Positions 1-11,983 of a stretch of 64,000 nt of DNA are shown piece after piece (position 1 is the first letter of the stretch; the number at the start of each line of letters is the position of its first letter). The translations under genes were made by a program, and so were the position numbers. This DNA comes from Azolla caroliniana (Eukaryota > Plantae > Polypodiophyta): contig JBHGNT010000017.1 in the NCBI GenBank assembly GCA_043228905.1, positions 2,356,001 through 2,420,000 of the forward strand, in the 5' to 3' direction. Under the pieces are notes generated by a model. It saw only the letters and a list, made by a program, of their open reading frames with translations. It was not told the DNA's origin and ran no database searches.

Positions 1-1290
1 TAAATATCACTTTAGTTTCACCTCAATTGTACAATTACTATTCCAACCTTTTTGAAGTCTAGATGTGTAGCTCACATTCCATTGACTTGTCAATGAGACA
101 TAATATTAAGATATTTGAGTCTTGGCGCCATTTGGATTGGTTCTCCTTAGTATATAAAAGTGGGGTAGTTTCTTGGTTGTATTGCCATCATTTCGGTTGT
201 TCGCATTGATAGTTAGCTTGATGATTGACATAATGTTCTTGTGCCAACAGTTCTCGTATGTCGCCATCATTTGGGAAAATTGCGATGTGCACTCTATTGA
301 ATTCATTGTGATATCTTCTTCTTAATAAATAAAATCAATTTGGTTTAGTGTTATCACTTTTTAACGAATTTGCTAAATATTATTTATGACCCATTCCTAT
401 GATTAACCCTAAGGCAGATCTAATAAATTTGGAAGATGGAAGCCAAATGAGTATAATCTAGACTTGATGTTTAAAGCCAATTGATTGTGCATGTGCGCCA
501 AACAAGAAATTGTCCGGCATTGTTGATTGTGATGAAGAAACAATCCAAACAAAATCATTGAGGTTAGGAAAAACTTCAAAGTAACAAAAATAAAAATGCA
601 ACGAATGACTAGCCTTGTGAGACAAACTTAAACATTAGACAAGAAGAGAGCATGATGCTTTATCAAAAGTTTCGCAAACCTAAATCAATTATGGTAATGG
701 TTGGTGTACAAACATAATTGTTTCTGCAAACGTAGAGGCTATGGATAACGAAAACTCCAAATAATAAATAGGAAGGCATGCCTTATAATACTCTTTTTTG
801 TAAAATGTGTATATGCAGAAGTCGTAGAGCTTTGGAGTGAAACAAACGCTTGCGGAAAGGTTGGGTTGTATGGTACTATAATTATTGTTGCGCTGCTGGT
901 ATGAAAAAGGGGGAAAGGTTTTAAGGTCACTGTAGTACAGATAGAGATATATATGTATATATATCCAGTCTTTGAAATCAATCAGCCAAAAGTCTTTCTT
1001 GTGGAAGGACAAATATGAGAATCTCCGGTCTTTGAAAAACCCTTCATTCCGTAAGAAAAATTATGCATTCCAAATTAAACTTGTCTAGGAAGAGGTTACG
1101 AATCACGATGTACGTGCACATGGAAAATCCGGTGTCCCATTTTTATGGAGAAAACTTCACAGCCACACGCTCTCTATTTCTCTGTGGGTCCGCATTAGTG
1201 GCCCATAGCTATGGCCATAGCTGGCGGCCGCCGTGCCCAGAAAACGCAAATAATGCACGACCTGAACAACCGATGGTAGTGTAGGGCTGC

Positions 1291-1876
1291 TACATAACTC
1301 CTCGTTTGCCTAGCTACTCAAAATTCTCTTTATATGTCCTCTTGGTTGGGGTATATATACCCATGTTTCTCCTTATAAGAATTTGACTGCATGTACAATG
1401 TCGAGGAAGTGATCATGGATCTATGTATCGATGTGCCACATGATGCCTCCTACATATACAATCCATAAGTCTGTACATATCTATATATCTATATATCTAT
1501 ATATCTATATAGATAGATAGATAGATATTTACACATATATATATTCTTTCTCCATGTCCCTATCGCTTCTCTCTTCTGTATATTAATATATCCATGAATC
1601 CTTTACCCCATCTGTTTGTTATTCATATCACATATATCTACTCCTGTTACATCCATGTTTACCTTTGCCGCACCACACGTCCCATCATGTTTCTCTCATT
1701 GCACACCATCTATGATATGTTTCTATACGAAGCACAACAGAAGGAGTCAAAAAGTGAGTGGGGCCTACAAGCTATTATGAACAAATATGAACAGGTTCTA
1801 GTACCACTTACTAGCGAAGAAAGTCTCTATTGTACAATCTACTATTACTGTATATAATATATGTGTATGATTGTAT
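1291..1876 (+). repeat. RLP upstream region, duplicated at about 15508-16033
   Basis: tacataactcctcgtttgcctagctac... through ...gtgtatgattgtat aligns colinearly with 15508-16033. Confidence 0.85.
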
Positions 1877-2273
1877 GTATATATGTGTACATATATATGC
1901 TTTGTGTGTGTGCGCGCTTTTAATTAACTTATGTGTTTAACCCAAAATCCTACATATCAGGGAAACAGACCGCTCACTGAAGAACCTGTGCTCAGTTTAT
2001 ACTTTCCAACAATTTTATCAGGTGTCACTAAATGATGCATGTTCTTTGTGTCGTTTACCAATGCTTTTTAGTAAAACAAGGCATGTCGCTATGTCAGTTG
2101 TTTGTTGTAGTGAATTTATTGACAATTGGCTCTTTATAACTCCCTTTCCCATCCTCAAACATATTCATTCCGTTTGTGCTGTTGGTTTCTTCTACTCCAA
2201 GGTTTCCACCTCTTTCACTCAGTCTCCCTCCTCCATCTTATCTAACACTCCTCCTTCATATTCCTTTGAGGAG

Positions 2274-4934
2274 ATGCTAAACCTCCCATTCACTCTCTCT
2301 CTCCTCTCAATCCTTTTTGTCATCATAAATTCGTCAATGCCCCGCGAGGCCGTGGCGCTCACTCCCTCTCCTACTTCCTCCCCCTCCGATGATAATGACG
2401 ACATGGCGGTAATGGAAGCCCAAGCACAAGCTCTCATAGCAATCCAGGATGCCATCACCCATGACCCCTCTTCTTGCCTCTCCTCCTGGACCACCACCAC
2501 CACCACCGTCTCCACCTCCACGTCCACCTCCTCCAACTCTACTAGTAATCTTGTCCATACCACGGCACCGCCCTCCTATTGCCCCTCCAACGGCACTGCC
2601 GGCTGGTACGGCCTACTCTGTGATGACCGTTTCCACATCACCTCCCTCAACCTCTCCTCCTGCAGCCTCTCTGGTTCCATCTCCCCTTCTCTGGCTCTCC
2701 TCCCTTCCCTTTCTCTTCTCGACCTCTCCTACAACAACTTCTCAGGCGCCATTCCTTCTAGCCTCGGGAACCTTACCCAGCTACGGACCTTGCGTCTCGA
2801 CAGCAACAACCTGGAAGGCCCCATGCCTTCTAGCCTCGGGAACCTCACCCAGCTACAGATCTTGGATGTCGAGTTCAACAACCTGGAAGGCTCCATTCCT
2901 TCTAGCCTCGGGACCCTGACCCAGCTAGAGACCTTGGATCTCTCTCACACAAGCCTGGAAGGCCCCATTCCTTATAGCCTCGGGAACCTCATCCAGCTAC
3001 AGACCTTGGATCTCTCCTACAACAACTTCTCAGGCCCCATCCCTTCTAGCCTCGGGAACCTCAACCAACTACGAACCTTGTACCTCCGGAGCAACAACCT
3101 GGAAGGCCCCATCCCTTCTAGCCTAGGAAACCTCAGCCAACTAGAGACGTTGGTTCTAGATAGCAACAGCCTGGAAGGCCCCATCTCTTCTAGTTTTGGG
3201 AACCTTACCCAGCTAAAGACCTTGTACCTCGAGGGCAACAACTTGGAAGGCCCAATGCCTTATAGCCTCGGGAACCTCATCCAACTACAAACCTTGGATC
3301 TCTCCTACAACAACTTCTCAGGCCCCATGCCTTCTAGCCTCGGGAACCTCACTCAGCTACAAACCTTGTACCTCACGAGCAATAACCTGGAAGGCCCCAT
3401 CCCTTCTAGCCTCGGGAACCTCACCCAGCTACAGATCTTGCGTCTTGACTTCAACAACTTCTCAGGCCCCATCCCTTCTAGCCTCGGGAACCTCACCCAG
3501 CTACAAACGTTGGTTCTCGACAACAACAACCTGGAAGGCCCCATCCCTTCTAGCCTTGGAAACCTCACCCAGCTACAGATCTTAGTTCTCGAGAAAAACA
3601 AGCTGCAAGGCCCCATCCCTTCTAGCCTCGGGAACCTCACCCAACTATGGACCTTGGATCTCGACACCAACAACCTGCAAGGCCCCATCCCTTCTAGTCT
3701 CGGGAACCTCACCCAGCTACGGACCTTGGATTTGGACAACAACAACCTCACAGGGAAGATACCAGCTGCACTTGGTAGCTGCTCACAACTCATCCAACTT
3801 CGGTTAGGGTTCAACACTCTCAGGGGTTCAATCCCTAGTGAGCTGGGAATGCTCGTAAACCTCCAGGAACTCTCGCTATTTGCGAACAGCCTAGAAGGGA
3901 TTGTCCCTGTTGACACTTTACATAATCTGACGGCTCTTCAGGTCTTACGTCTCTTTCAAAACAATTTGACTGGAAAGATAGAGAGCTTGGATCTGTCCAA
4001 GATGCCGAATATCCAAAGGTTTAGTGTCTATGGAAATGCTTTAGAAGGGGGCTTGCCTGCTGGCCTAACAGAGAGTAAGGCACTGGTCATCTTTGATGTG
4101 CAGAGCAACAAATATCTCACCGGATCCTTAGGCAATACTGCTACTCCTGACATCACTGGTTTATCAAACCTCAGGGTTCTTTCGGTGAGCTACAACCAAC
4201 TAAGCGGAGACATACCGGGTTGGGTTTGGAAGCTTCCCAGTCTACAGGCACTGGACCTCTCCAACAATCACTTCAGCGGCCACTTCCCTGTGACTCTCAC
4301 GCACCTCTCCTACTTCAAGCGCAAACAAACCTCAGACAGGAACCAGACAATCCTCTATGAGGATGTGCCAGTAACAATTAAGAACACTGTCTACATTCTC
4401 AACTATGTGCTGAGTGCACGGATCTACTTTGATGTGTCCATGAACGATTTGGAAGGAGAAATTTCAGAGAGCTTCGGGGAGCTGCAAGGTCTGACAGGAG
4501 CAAACCTGTCCCACAACCGCATCAACGGCACAATACCTGTGGCTACATTCGGGAGATTGATGCAGTTGGAGGAGTTGGACCTGTCCTACAACCAGCTCAG
4601 CGGCGACATCCCACAAGATCTCACGTCTCTGGACAGCCTCTCTACTCTAAACCTCGCCCACAACCAACTAGAAGGACCCATTCCCACCCAGAACCACTTC
4701 AACACCAAGTTCTCGAATGTGAGCTACGAGGATAACCCAGGTTTGTGTGGCTACCCTCTTTCCTCCTCCTGCAACACAAGCACAAACACAAGCACAGGCG
4801 AGCCAATGCAGCAACGATTATTGATTGTGATTTGGTTTCATGAGTTTGTATCTCTGTCGGCAGTTCTGTTGGGCTATCCTATTGGGCTTGCACTTGGCAT
4901 ATTCCTCTGCCATCTCCTCTTAAAATCGAAGTGA
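2274..4934 (+). CDS. LRR receptor-like protein (Cf/RLP-type: signal peptide, LRRNT, LRRs, island, 4 LRRs, LRRCT, TM, no kinase), about 886 aa, intronless
   Basis: Within ORF 2022-4934. ATG 2274 begins a signal-peptide-like MLNLPFTLSLLSILFVIINS. LRRNT DPSSCLSSW...C...WYGLLCD; plant LxxLxLxxNxLxGxIP repeats; island YFKRKQTSDRNQTILYEDVPVTIKN followed by 4 LRRs; DNPGLCGYPLSSSC cap; TM with GYPIGLALG (two GxxxG); short tail ending KSK*. Confidence 0.92.
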   Translation: MLNLPFTLSLLSILFVIINSSMPREAVALTPSPTSSPSDDNDDMAVMEAQAQALIAIQDAITHDPSSCLSSWTTTTTTVSTSTSTSSNSTSNLVHTTAPPSYCPSNGTAGWYGLLCDDRFHITSLNLSSCSLSGSISPSLALLPSLSLLDLSYNNFSGAIPSSLGNLTQLRTLRLDSNNLEGPMPSSLGNLTQLQILDVEFNNLEGSIPSSLGTLTQLETLDLSHTSLEGPIPYSLGNLIQLQTLDLSYNNFSGPIPSSLGNLNQLRTLYLRSNNLEGPIPSSLGNLSQLETLVLDSNSLEGPISSSFGNLTQLKTLYLEGNNLEGPMPYSLGNLIQLQTLDLSYNNFSGPMPSSLGNLTQLQTLYLTSNNLEGPIPSSLGNLTQLQILRLDFNNFSGPIPSSLGNLTQLQTLVLDNNNLEGPIPSSLGNLTQLQILVLEKNKLQGPIPSSLGNLTQLWTLDLDTNNLQGPIPSSLGNLTQLRTLDLDNNNLTGKIPAALGSCSQLIQLRLGFNTLRGSIPSELGMLVNLQELSLFANSLEGIVPVDTLHNLTALQVLRLFQNNLTGKIESLDLSKMPNIQRFSVYGNALEGGLPAGLTESKALVIFDVQSNKYLTGSLGNTATPDITGLSNLRVLSVSYNQLSGDIPGWVWKLPSLQALDLSNNHFSGHFPVTLTHLSYFKRKQTSDRNQTILYEDVPVTIKNTVYILNYVLSARIYFDVSMNDLEGEISESFGELQGLTGANLSHNRINGTIPVATFGRLMQLEELDLSYNQLSGDIPQDLTSLDSLSTLNLAHNQLEGPIPTQNHFNTKFSNVSYEDNPGLCGYPLSSSCNTSTNTSTGEPMQQRLLIVIWFHEFVSLSAVLLGYPIGLALGIFLCHLLLKSK
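2748..3755 (+). repeat. Coding tandem array, 14 x 72 bp (24-aa LRR units)
   Basis: Recurrent cccatcccttctagcctcgggaacctcacccagcta at 72-bp period; units PIPSSLGNLTQLxxLxLxxNNLEG. Confidence 0.95.
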
Positions 4935-5278
4935 ATCAATAGTTATTGTTGGTCAAGTAGCAACGATTATTGATTGTTGTTGAGTGGCAAGCTCAAACCG
5001 ATCCGGATCGGCTAAATAAGCCTAAGCCAAGTCGGTGAGCCGGTGAGCTGGGGAGCCGGTTATCCGGATCAAGCAGTAACCAAAAGCCAAGTAGCAGCTA
5101 GACTACTAGGTAGTTAAGGTATTGTAGTTAGTGTCAGATGCTCGTGTGAGCATTGAAGTACACCGTACTTCTGTCAGTCCATATGGACTTGTATAAAAGT
5201 GTTCACTAAACACATACGATGTACAGAGTATTACAGAGTTTTAGAGTTATTTTGAATAGAGTCTTATGTTCTGCTCTT

Positions 5279-5310
<32 letters not shown>

Positions 5311-5480
5311 CCGCGTACTGTGTATATTCAAGCTCCCCATTAAACCTATGTTTCTTTGTTTTCGGTTTTCTATTGCTTCCGCACACTATTCTTTCACATG
5401 GTATCAGAGTGTGAGGGTTGAGAACCTCTACAGCCGACATCAACATCTGAAGACAAACCCTAAGAATAGAAAGAGAAGTA

Positions 5481-8400
5481 ATGGACAGAGGAATGGCTAG
5501 CTCGCTCCCAACGGAGAAGCTCGATAGAAACAACTATGCATCTTGGTCCTACAAGATGCACCAGTACATGCTCGGGCACGATTACTGGAGCTATGTCGAC
5601 GGAGCAAATGACATAGCACTCGAATCGACACACAAAGATTTCCCGGTGGGGGAACAGTCGGCGAACAGAGTACTGTATTGCTTCGCGGCTTGTGTGGGCA
5701 AACAACTCATAAGCTACATTCGGGATGCAAAGACGCCGAAAGATGCTTGGAGAAATCTGAAGAAGATTTTCGCCGCAAGCACTATAGCCAGGAAGCCTTA
5801 ACTCTGACAGGAGTTGAGCAACCTAAGACAACGCGACTTGTCGGTGGCAGACTACACCTCCAAAATCAAGGACATTTGCGACTCTCTGGCCTCCATCAAT
5901 GTGAATATCGAAGAAGCCGATATGATGCAAATTTGTCTTAGAGGTTTGGCGTCAAAGTTTGGAGCGTTCCGAACTGTTGTGTGTACAAGGGAGAATATGC
6001 CATCATTTTTCGACTTACAGTCGATGCTCCTTGTAGAGGAGAACCACGCCGGTGCGTCAACAAGTGCACCGACCGACAACCAGATGCTGTACACAAAGGT
6101 AGATCGGCCCCGTGGGCGTGGTGGATGAGGTGGGTCAGCTCGCAATGGTAGCGGCCGGCAAGAGTAGGTCCGAAGCCACAAAGAACGTGCCGATAGCAGT
6201 TTCGGACCCTCCACAAGCAGGGGGAGTTAAGGCGGCGCCGGAGGCCGGCAAGCAAAGGCCGACACGGAATGCTAGTATTGTGGTAAAAAGGGCGACAGAG
6301 AAAGTGAGTGCTGGAAGAAGCGCGTCGATTTGAACAGATCCGGATCTGGCAAGGCCGGCAGAGAGAACCGACAATACTCGCACTACGCAGAAGGATTGGG
6401 AGGATCCAAAACCGGAAAAGCCGGTAAAGGGCCAACCTTGGTGGTGAAACACGAGGCTAACTCGATGAAGAAGAACACTTTCAAATCGGAGGAAGTGTGG
6501 TACGTTGATTCCGGTGCGTCGAATCACATGACGCGCCACAAAGAGTGGTTCTCCTTCTTGGAGAAACCGAAACAATCGGGGGTCGTCGAAACCGGAGGTG
6601 ACACTCCGCACCCAACTGTGCATGTCGGAGAAGTCCCTTTGAACCACATCGGATAGAGGGGAAAGCTGAGGAACGTATTACACGTTTCGACTGTCACGAA
6701 GAACCTAGTGTCAGTCGGTCAGATCCAAGGTTGTTAGGTACGTTAGGTACGGTACGGATATCATACGTATTTAACATATTAATATATGTATAGTACCTCC
6801 CAATTTAAAAATACGTTTTCTTAATATGTTAAATACTTATAAATTACGTATAATACGTTGAATACTTCTAGAATATGAAAATTATTTACATTTCTAAAAG
6901 ATATCTATAATATTGTAAAAAACATCTATCTTTACACAATTTTGTGATGTACAATATAGTTCTACATCCTAAAATGCATATAAGACATTTGAACATTTCA
7001 CATCCTAAAATACTTGTAGTAATATGGATGTCGACATTCCCTTATTCTATAAATCAGTGTAAGTGTGTATCACGATGTTCTACTTCAAATTGTAATTATT
7101 TACAATTATGCCTTCCTAGATTGAGGAATCGTCTACGATTATCACAATCATGATAGGTTCTCTTTTCTTCATTTGCTTCTTCTTCTTCTTCTTCATCTTC
7201 TTCATCGTCGTCTCTTCTATTCTTCTTTCTTCCTTCCTTTGGCTTCTTTTTCACTAAAATCTTTTCTTTCTTTTGCTTTTTGTTAGGGTTTTACTTACAT
7301 TTTCTTTATAAATACGTATTATACCTGTTTTTTTATAAATACATTAAATACCTTATTGGACAAATGTACATGATATTTGACTGAACAACATTGAGGTATA
7401 ATACGTACTATGCAAATGATGAGGTACTATACGTATTTAAACGTTAAATATGGGTACGTAAACAACCATGGTCAAATCGTTGACCAGGGGATGCAGGTGC
7501 GGTTTACGCACCTTCGGTGCTTCATCGAGGAAGAGGGCCAGATTATTGCGCAAGGGCGCAGAGAAGGGAGGATGTTCATCCTCGACACCAATGACATTGG
7601 TAATGCTTTGTTCGCCAAAGGACAGAAGATTGAATGGGATATTGATCTCTAGCACAAGAGGATCGGCCACGTCAATTACCGGAGGCTTCAAGACCTGCAA
7701 ACGAAACAAGTTGTTTTTGGTTTGCCAAAGTTCAGTGGCCGGAAGGCCCAAATATGTGAAGCCTGCCAACTTGGGAAGCAACACCGGCTTCCATTCCCCA
7801 TCGAACGAAACTGTAGCCGTAACAAGCTCGACCTTATTCATTCGGATGTATGGGAACCAACACAGAACATTAGTCTTGGCGGGAGTTGGTATTTCCTCTC
7901 CTTCATCGACGACTATAGCCGACACACATGGCTCTACCTCATTGAGCAGAAGAGTGAAGTCTTCGAGTGTTTTCGGAACTTGCAAATCCTGGTTGAACGG
8001 GAAATGGAGAGGAAGATCAAGTGCTTGCGGTCGGATGGTGGAAAAGAATATTTTTCTGGCCAATTCAACAGTTATTTGCAGCAAAAAGGAATTCGGAGAG
8101 AGTTTAGCTGCAGATACACATCGGAGCAAAACGGTGTGGCCGAAAGGAAGAACCGGTTGATTGTCGACGCGGCAAGGGCAATGCTGGAGGAGAAGAGCAT
8201 GCCCCATTTCTACTGGGCGGAGGCGGTCCAGACGACCGTCTACATCCAAAACCGGATCGGTGACAAGGTGTCCTCGCATGAGCTATATTTCGGGCGTGCC
8301 AAGCCGAATTTGAGACACCTTCGGATATTCGGTAGCATTGCATATGTGCATGTGCCGGATGAGAAGTGGAGGAAGTTGGATGCAAAGTCGGAGAAATGCA

Positions 8401-11054
8401 TCCTAGTCGGTTACTCGCATGAGCAAAAGGGGTATTAGTGTTATAACCCCCGGACGAAGCAGGTCCGAGTTAGCCGGGATATTGAGTTTGATGAGACGGC
8501 ATGATGGTATGCCTTACCGGCTCCAACTTCCAACCCCGACCCAATATCGGAGGATGAGGCTAGTGAGCCTGAACCGGTCCAGCTAGAAGATGAAGACCTC
8601 AGCACTCTAAAAGAGAGTCGGATCTCATTTCGGTTAAGTGGACCAAATGAGCGGCTAAGTCAGGATGACCAGTCAGATGACGAACGGGCGAGTAATGGAG
8701 ACTCTGTCGTGCTTTCCCCGCACAAGGAACCAAGGAGACGGTTCATGCACAAAGAGAAGGGGAAGAAGAAGATGCCGGAATACGAAACCGGCAACGTTGA
8801 GTCGGATCAGGGCGAATTTGACTCCGGATGAAGGCGGATCTTCGGCAACAAAGACCGCACCGGCCAAGAAGGGCCTCAAATCGGGTAACGATAAGTTACG
8901 TCGTTCTTCCCATCAGAAGAACCCCGTAAAGCGATACGAGTACAATGAGTACATGGCGCATCACTATGCGTACATGACCAAGGTAGCAGAAGTGCGTGAG
9001 CCGGAGAGCTACGTAGAAGTGGCAAAGGACGCAAATTGGCGTGTCGCTATGGAAGTAGAAATGCGGGCACTTGATGCCAACGACACATGGGACCTAGTTG
9101 ACCCTCCTCGACACTGTATACCGATCGGATGTAAGTGGGTGTACAAGGTAAAGTACAATGCCGACGGTTCGGTTAACCAGTACAAGGCCCGGTTAGTGGC
9201 GAAGGGATACGCGCAGACCCACAGAATCGACTACGATGAGACCTTTGCTCCAGTAGCGAAGATGACGACGGTTCGTGTAGTGTTGGCGGTTGCTGCGGCA
9301 AGGGAGTGGCATTTTGACCAGATGGATGTGAAGAATGCATTTCTTCAAGGCGATCTTGAAGAAGAGGTCTTTATGACCCAACCTCCCGGTTTCCAGACGG
9401 AGATGAACAAGTTGGCGGTATGCCGGTTGAAGAAGTCACTTTATGGCCTGAAGCAAGCCCCTCGAGCTTGGAATGTGAAGATCACGCACCAGTTGCGTAA
9501 GATGGGGTTTGCGGCCTCCAAGTCCGACTCTTCGTTGTTCATCTAGCAAGGTCCGGACGGTCCAGTTTGCATCTTGTTTTACGTTGATGATCTAGTCATT
9601 ACCGGACCCGGAATCAATGAAATCAGCTGAGTCAAGTCCCAGCTATGAGACGCATTTGAGATGAAGGACCTGGGGGACCTTCACTATTTCCTTGGGATCG
9701 AGGTGATCCGACCCCCGATGGCATATTGCTCTCACAAAGACACTATGTGTTCAATATGCTATACAAGTTCGGCATGACGGAATGCCAACCGATCTCCACA
9801 CCCCTGGACCGGAACCAGAAGCTCTGTCCCAACTCCGGACCGGCTTGCGATTAGAAGTGGTTCCGACAAATCGTCGGAAGCCTTATATATTTAACAATCA
9901 CTCGACCCGACATCAGTTATCCTGTTGGCGTGATCAACCAATATATGGAGAAGCCGACCGTGGAGCACCTTCTATGCACGCATCGAATTTTGCGATATGT
10001 GAGTGGCACAAAGGACCGGGGACTGTTATACCGGCATGGTATAACCGAAGAGGTAGTCAGCTACACCGATGTCGACTGGGCCGGCGATGCATCGGATCGA
10101 CGATCCACCTCCGGCTATATGTTTTCCCTTGGTATCGCGGTTGTTGCATGGAGCAGCAAAAAGCAGCCAACAGTGGCCCTTTCGAGCACTGAGGCTGAAT
10201 ATCGGGGCGCTACCGTTGCCACCTGTGAAGCCATTTGGCTTCGGCAACTGCTACAAGACCTGCGGATTGAGGTGCCGACCTCGATCCTGATCTACTGTGA
10301 CAACATAAGCAGCATGCAGCTCGCCAAGAACCCCGTAGTCCATGCTCGCACAAAGCACATAGAAGTGCACTACCACTTCGTGCCTGAGCGTGTCCTGAGC
10401 GGTGAAGTCGAACTTTGGTATGTTCATACGGATTGGCAAGTTGCCGACATCTTCACCAAATCGCTCGAATCGGACAAGTTGCAGCACTTCCCTGAAATGC
10501 TTGGTGTTCAGCATCTCGACGTGCCACACTTGAGGGGGAGAACGGGCAAAGGCAAAGAAACTGCCGATTGCGCCGGTGAGGGAAGAACTGACAAAGGGAG
10601 AGACAAGAAGAAGAAGGCCAAGACCCAGACATGGTCCGATGTGGTGAAGGGCCTAGAATTGGAAGATGAATCGGGAGCGACTGATTCAGACAAGAGCTGG
10701 AACGAATTGGAGACAATCGATTCGGTTCAACAGATGGATTCGGAAGAACCGAATCAATTCAAGGCCAAAAGGACGAGAAGGCAGCAAAAGTCGACGCCAA
10801 CACGAAGGAATCGGCGAATCGACAAGCGCCGAAGTCACAGCAGCAAGGGAGCTGAATTGGGCCTGTTGAGTAGACAAGCCGACCGAGGAGGTCAAGGTGC
10901 GCAAAAACAGAAGGGTCATGGCAAATGGGACCGGACCGGACGAGGAGCGCGAGCGAGGCGGAGTGACGCCAGAAGGAGCCGGGTGGAAGGACCGGCTGCC
11001 ATGGAGACTGACACTACGATCCGACCTCAAGTTGAGCTTGAGGGGGAGTGTTGA
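5481..11054 (+). pseudogene. Copia A gag-pol with several stops and frameshifts
   Basis: gag LPTEKLDRNNYASW; PR WYVDSGASNHMT; IN CEACQLGK, HSDVW, LRSDGGKEY, NGVAERKNR; [20 protein letters not shown]; RH YTDVDWAG, STEAEY, CDNISS, TKHIEVHYHF. Confidence 0.93.
6726..7470. mobile_element. Non-autonomous hAT-like element (MITE) inserted in copia A
   Basis: TIR CAAGGTTGTT...AACAACCATG; 8-bp TSD GTCAGATC (6718-6725) / GTCAAATC (7471-7478); removal restores KNLVSVGQIVDQGMQVRF; AT-rich with TACG subterminal motifs. Confidence 0.88.
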
Positions 11055-11369
11055 GCGGCAAGCTCAACGGGATCCGGATCGACTGAATAAGCCTGAGCCG
11101 GATCGACATCCAGAAGGATGAGCCGGATCGGTGAGCCGGTGAGTTGGGGAGCCGGTTAGCCGGATCAAGCAGTAACCGGAAGCCAAGTAGTAGCTAGACT
11201 ACTAAGTAGTTAATGTCTTGTAGTTAGTGTCAGATGCTTGTGTGAGCATTGAAGTACACCGTACTTCTGTTAGTCCGTATGGACTTGTATAAAAGTTTTC
11301 ACTGAACACATACAATGTACAAAGTATTACAGAGTTTTAGAGTTATTTTGAATAGAGTCTTATGTTCTG

Positions 11370-11418
<49 letters not shown>

Positions 11419-11983
11419 GCGTACTGTGTATATTCAAGCTCTCCATTAAACCTGCGTTTCTGTGTTTTCGGTTTTCTATTGCTTCCGCACACTATTCTTT
11501 CACAATTGTGAATTGATTCCATGAGTTTGTATCTCCGTCGTCAGTCTATCCTGCTGGGCTTGCACTAGGCATATTCCTCTGCCATCTCCTCTCCTCAAAA
11601 TTGAAGTGAATCAGTAGTTATTGTTGGTCAAAAGAACTGGACTGGACTGCACAATTTTTGGGAGTGCCATCCATCATAAAAGCTAATTGAAATACTCACA
11701 CGAGGAGAACAATCTCCAACATGAGCATTTTGAACATTCTACTGTATGCATTTTTACTCCATGAAAGCATTGCATTGGGTTGCTCATCTTCCAATTCATT
11801 TTGAAGGCTTAGGTCCATTTGCTTACCTCTCTATTACTCCGTATATATCCTCTTAATTTATTACATTACCACTCTGGAACGTAGGGATTCTATGACCTCT
11901 CGGTCTCCATTGGATAACCTTACCAAGCTACACTCACTGTCATGAACATCGACTTGAACTCAAACCTAGGTCCTTGTATATAT

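Larger units (their letters stand above)
4978..11504 (+). mobile_element. Ty1/copia LTR retrotransposon A, full length, degenerate
   Basis: LTRs 4978-5398 and 11049-11504 (TG...CA); TSD ATTGT at 4973-4977 and 11505-11509; tRNA-iMet PBS TGGTATCAGAG at 5399; PPT GAGGGGGAG before 11049; gag-PR-IN-RT-RH order. Confidence 0.96.
4959..11609 (+). pseudogene. Tandem duplicate of the RLP TM-coding 3' end, split by copia A (4959-4977 + 11510-11609)
   Basis: 4959-4977 is identical to 4810-4828; the sequence resumes after the TSD as a frameshifted copy ending aaattgaagtga. Confidence 0.85.

Noticed and set aside
1-1200. Short ORFs at the window start (and at 14800-15500)
   Set aside because: AT-rich, no recognisable motifs, lengths compatible with chance.
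1477-1528. Hairpin formed by (ATATCTAT)n followed by (ATAG)n
   Set aside because: Self-complementarity is expected from low-complexity microsatellites.
2022-2273. 84-codon N-terminal extension of the RLP ORF
   Set aside because: Begins at GTG and places the signal peptide internally; ATG 2274 fits a secreted receptor better.
2748-3755. CRISPR-like or VLR-like repeat/variable pattern
   Set aside because: In-frame coding LRR units in a eukaryotic gene; no unique spacers, cas genes or flanking donor LRR cassettes seen.
7437-8279. 280-aa minus-strand ORF
   Set aside because: Antisense to the copia integrase, with no independent features.
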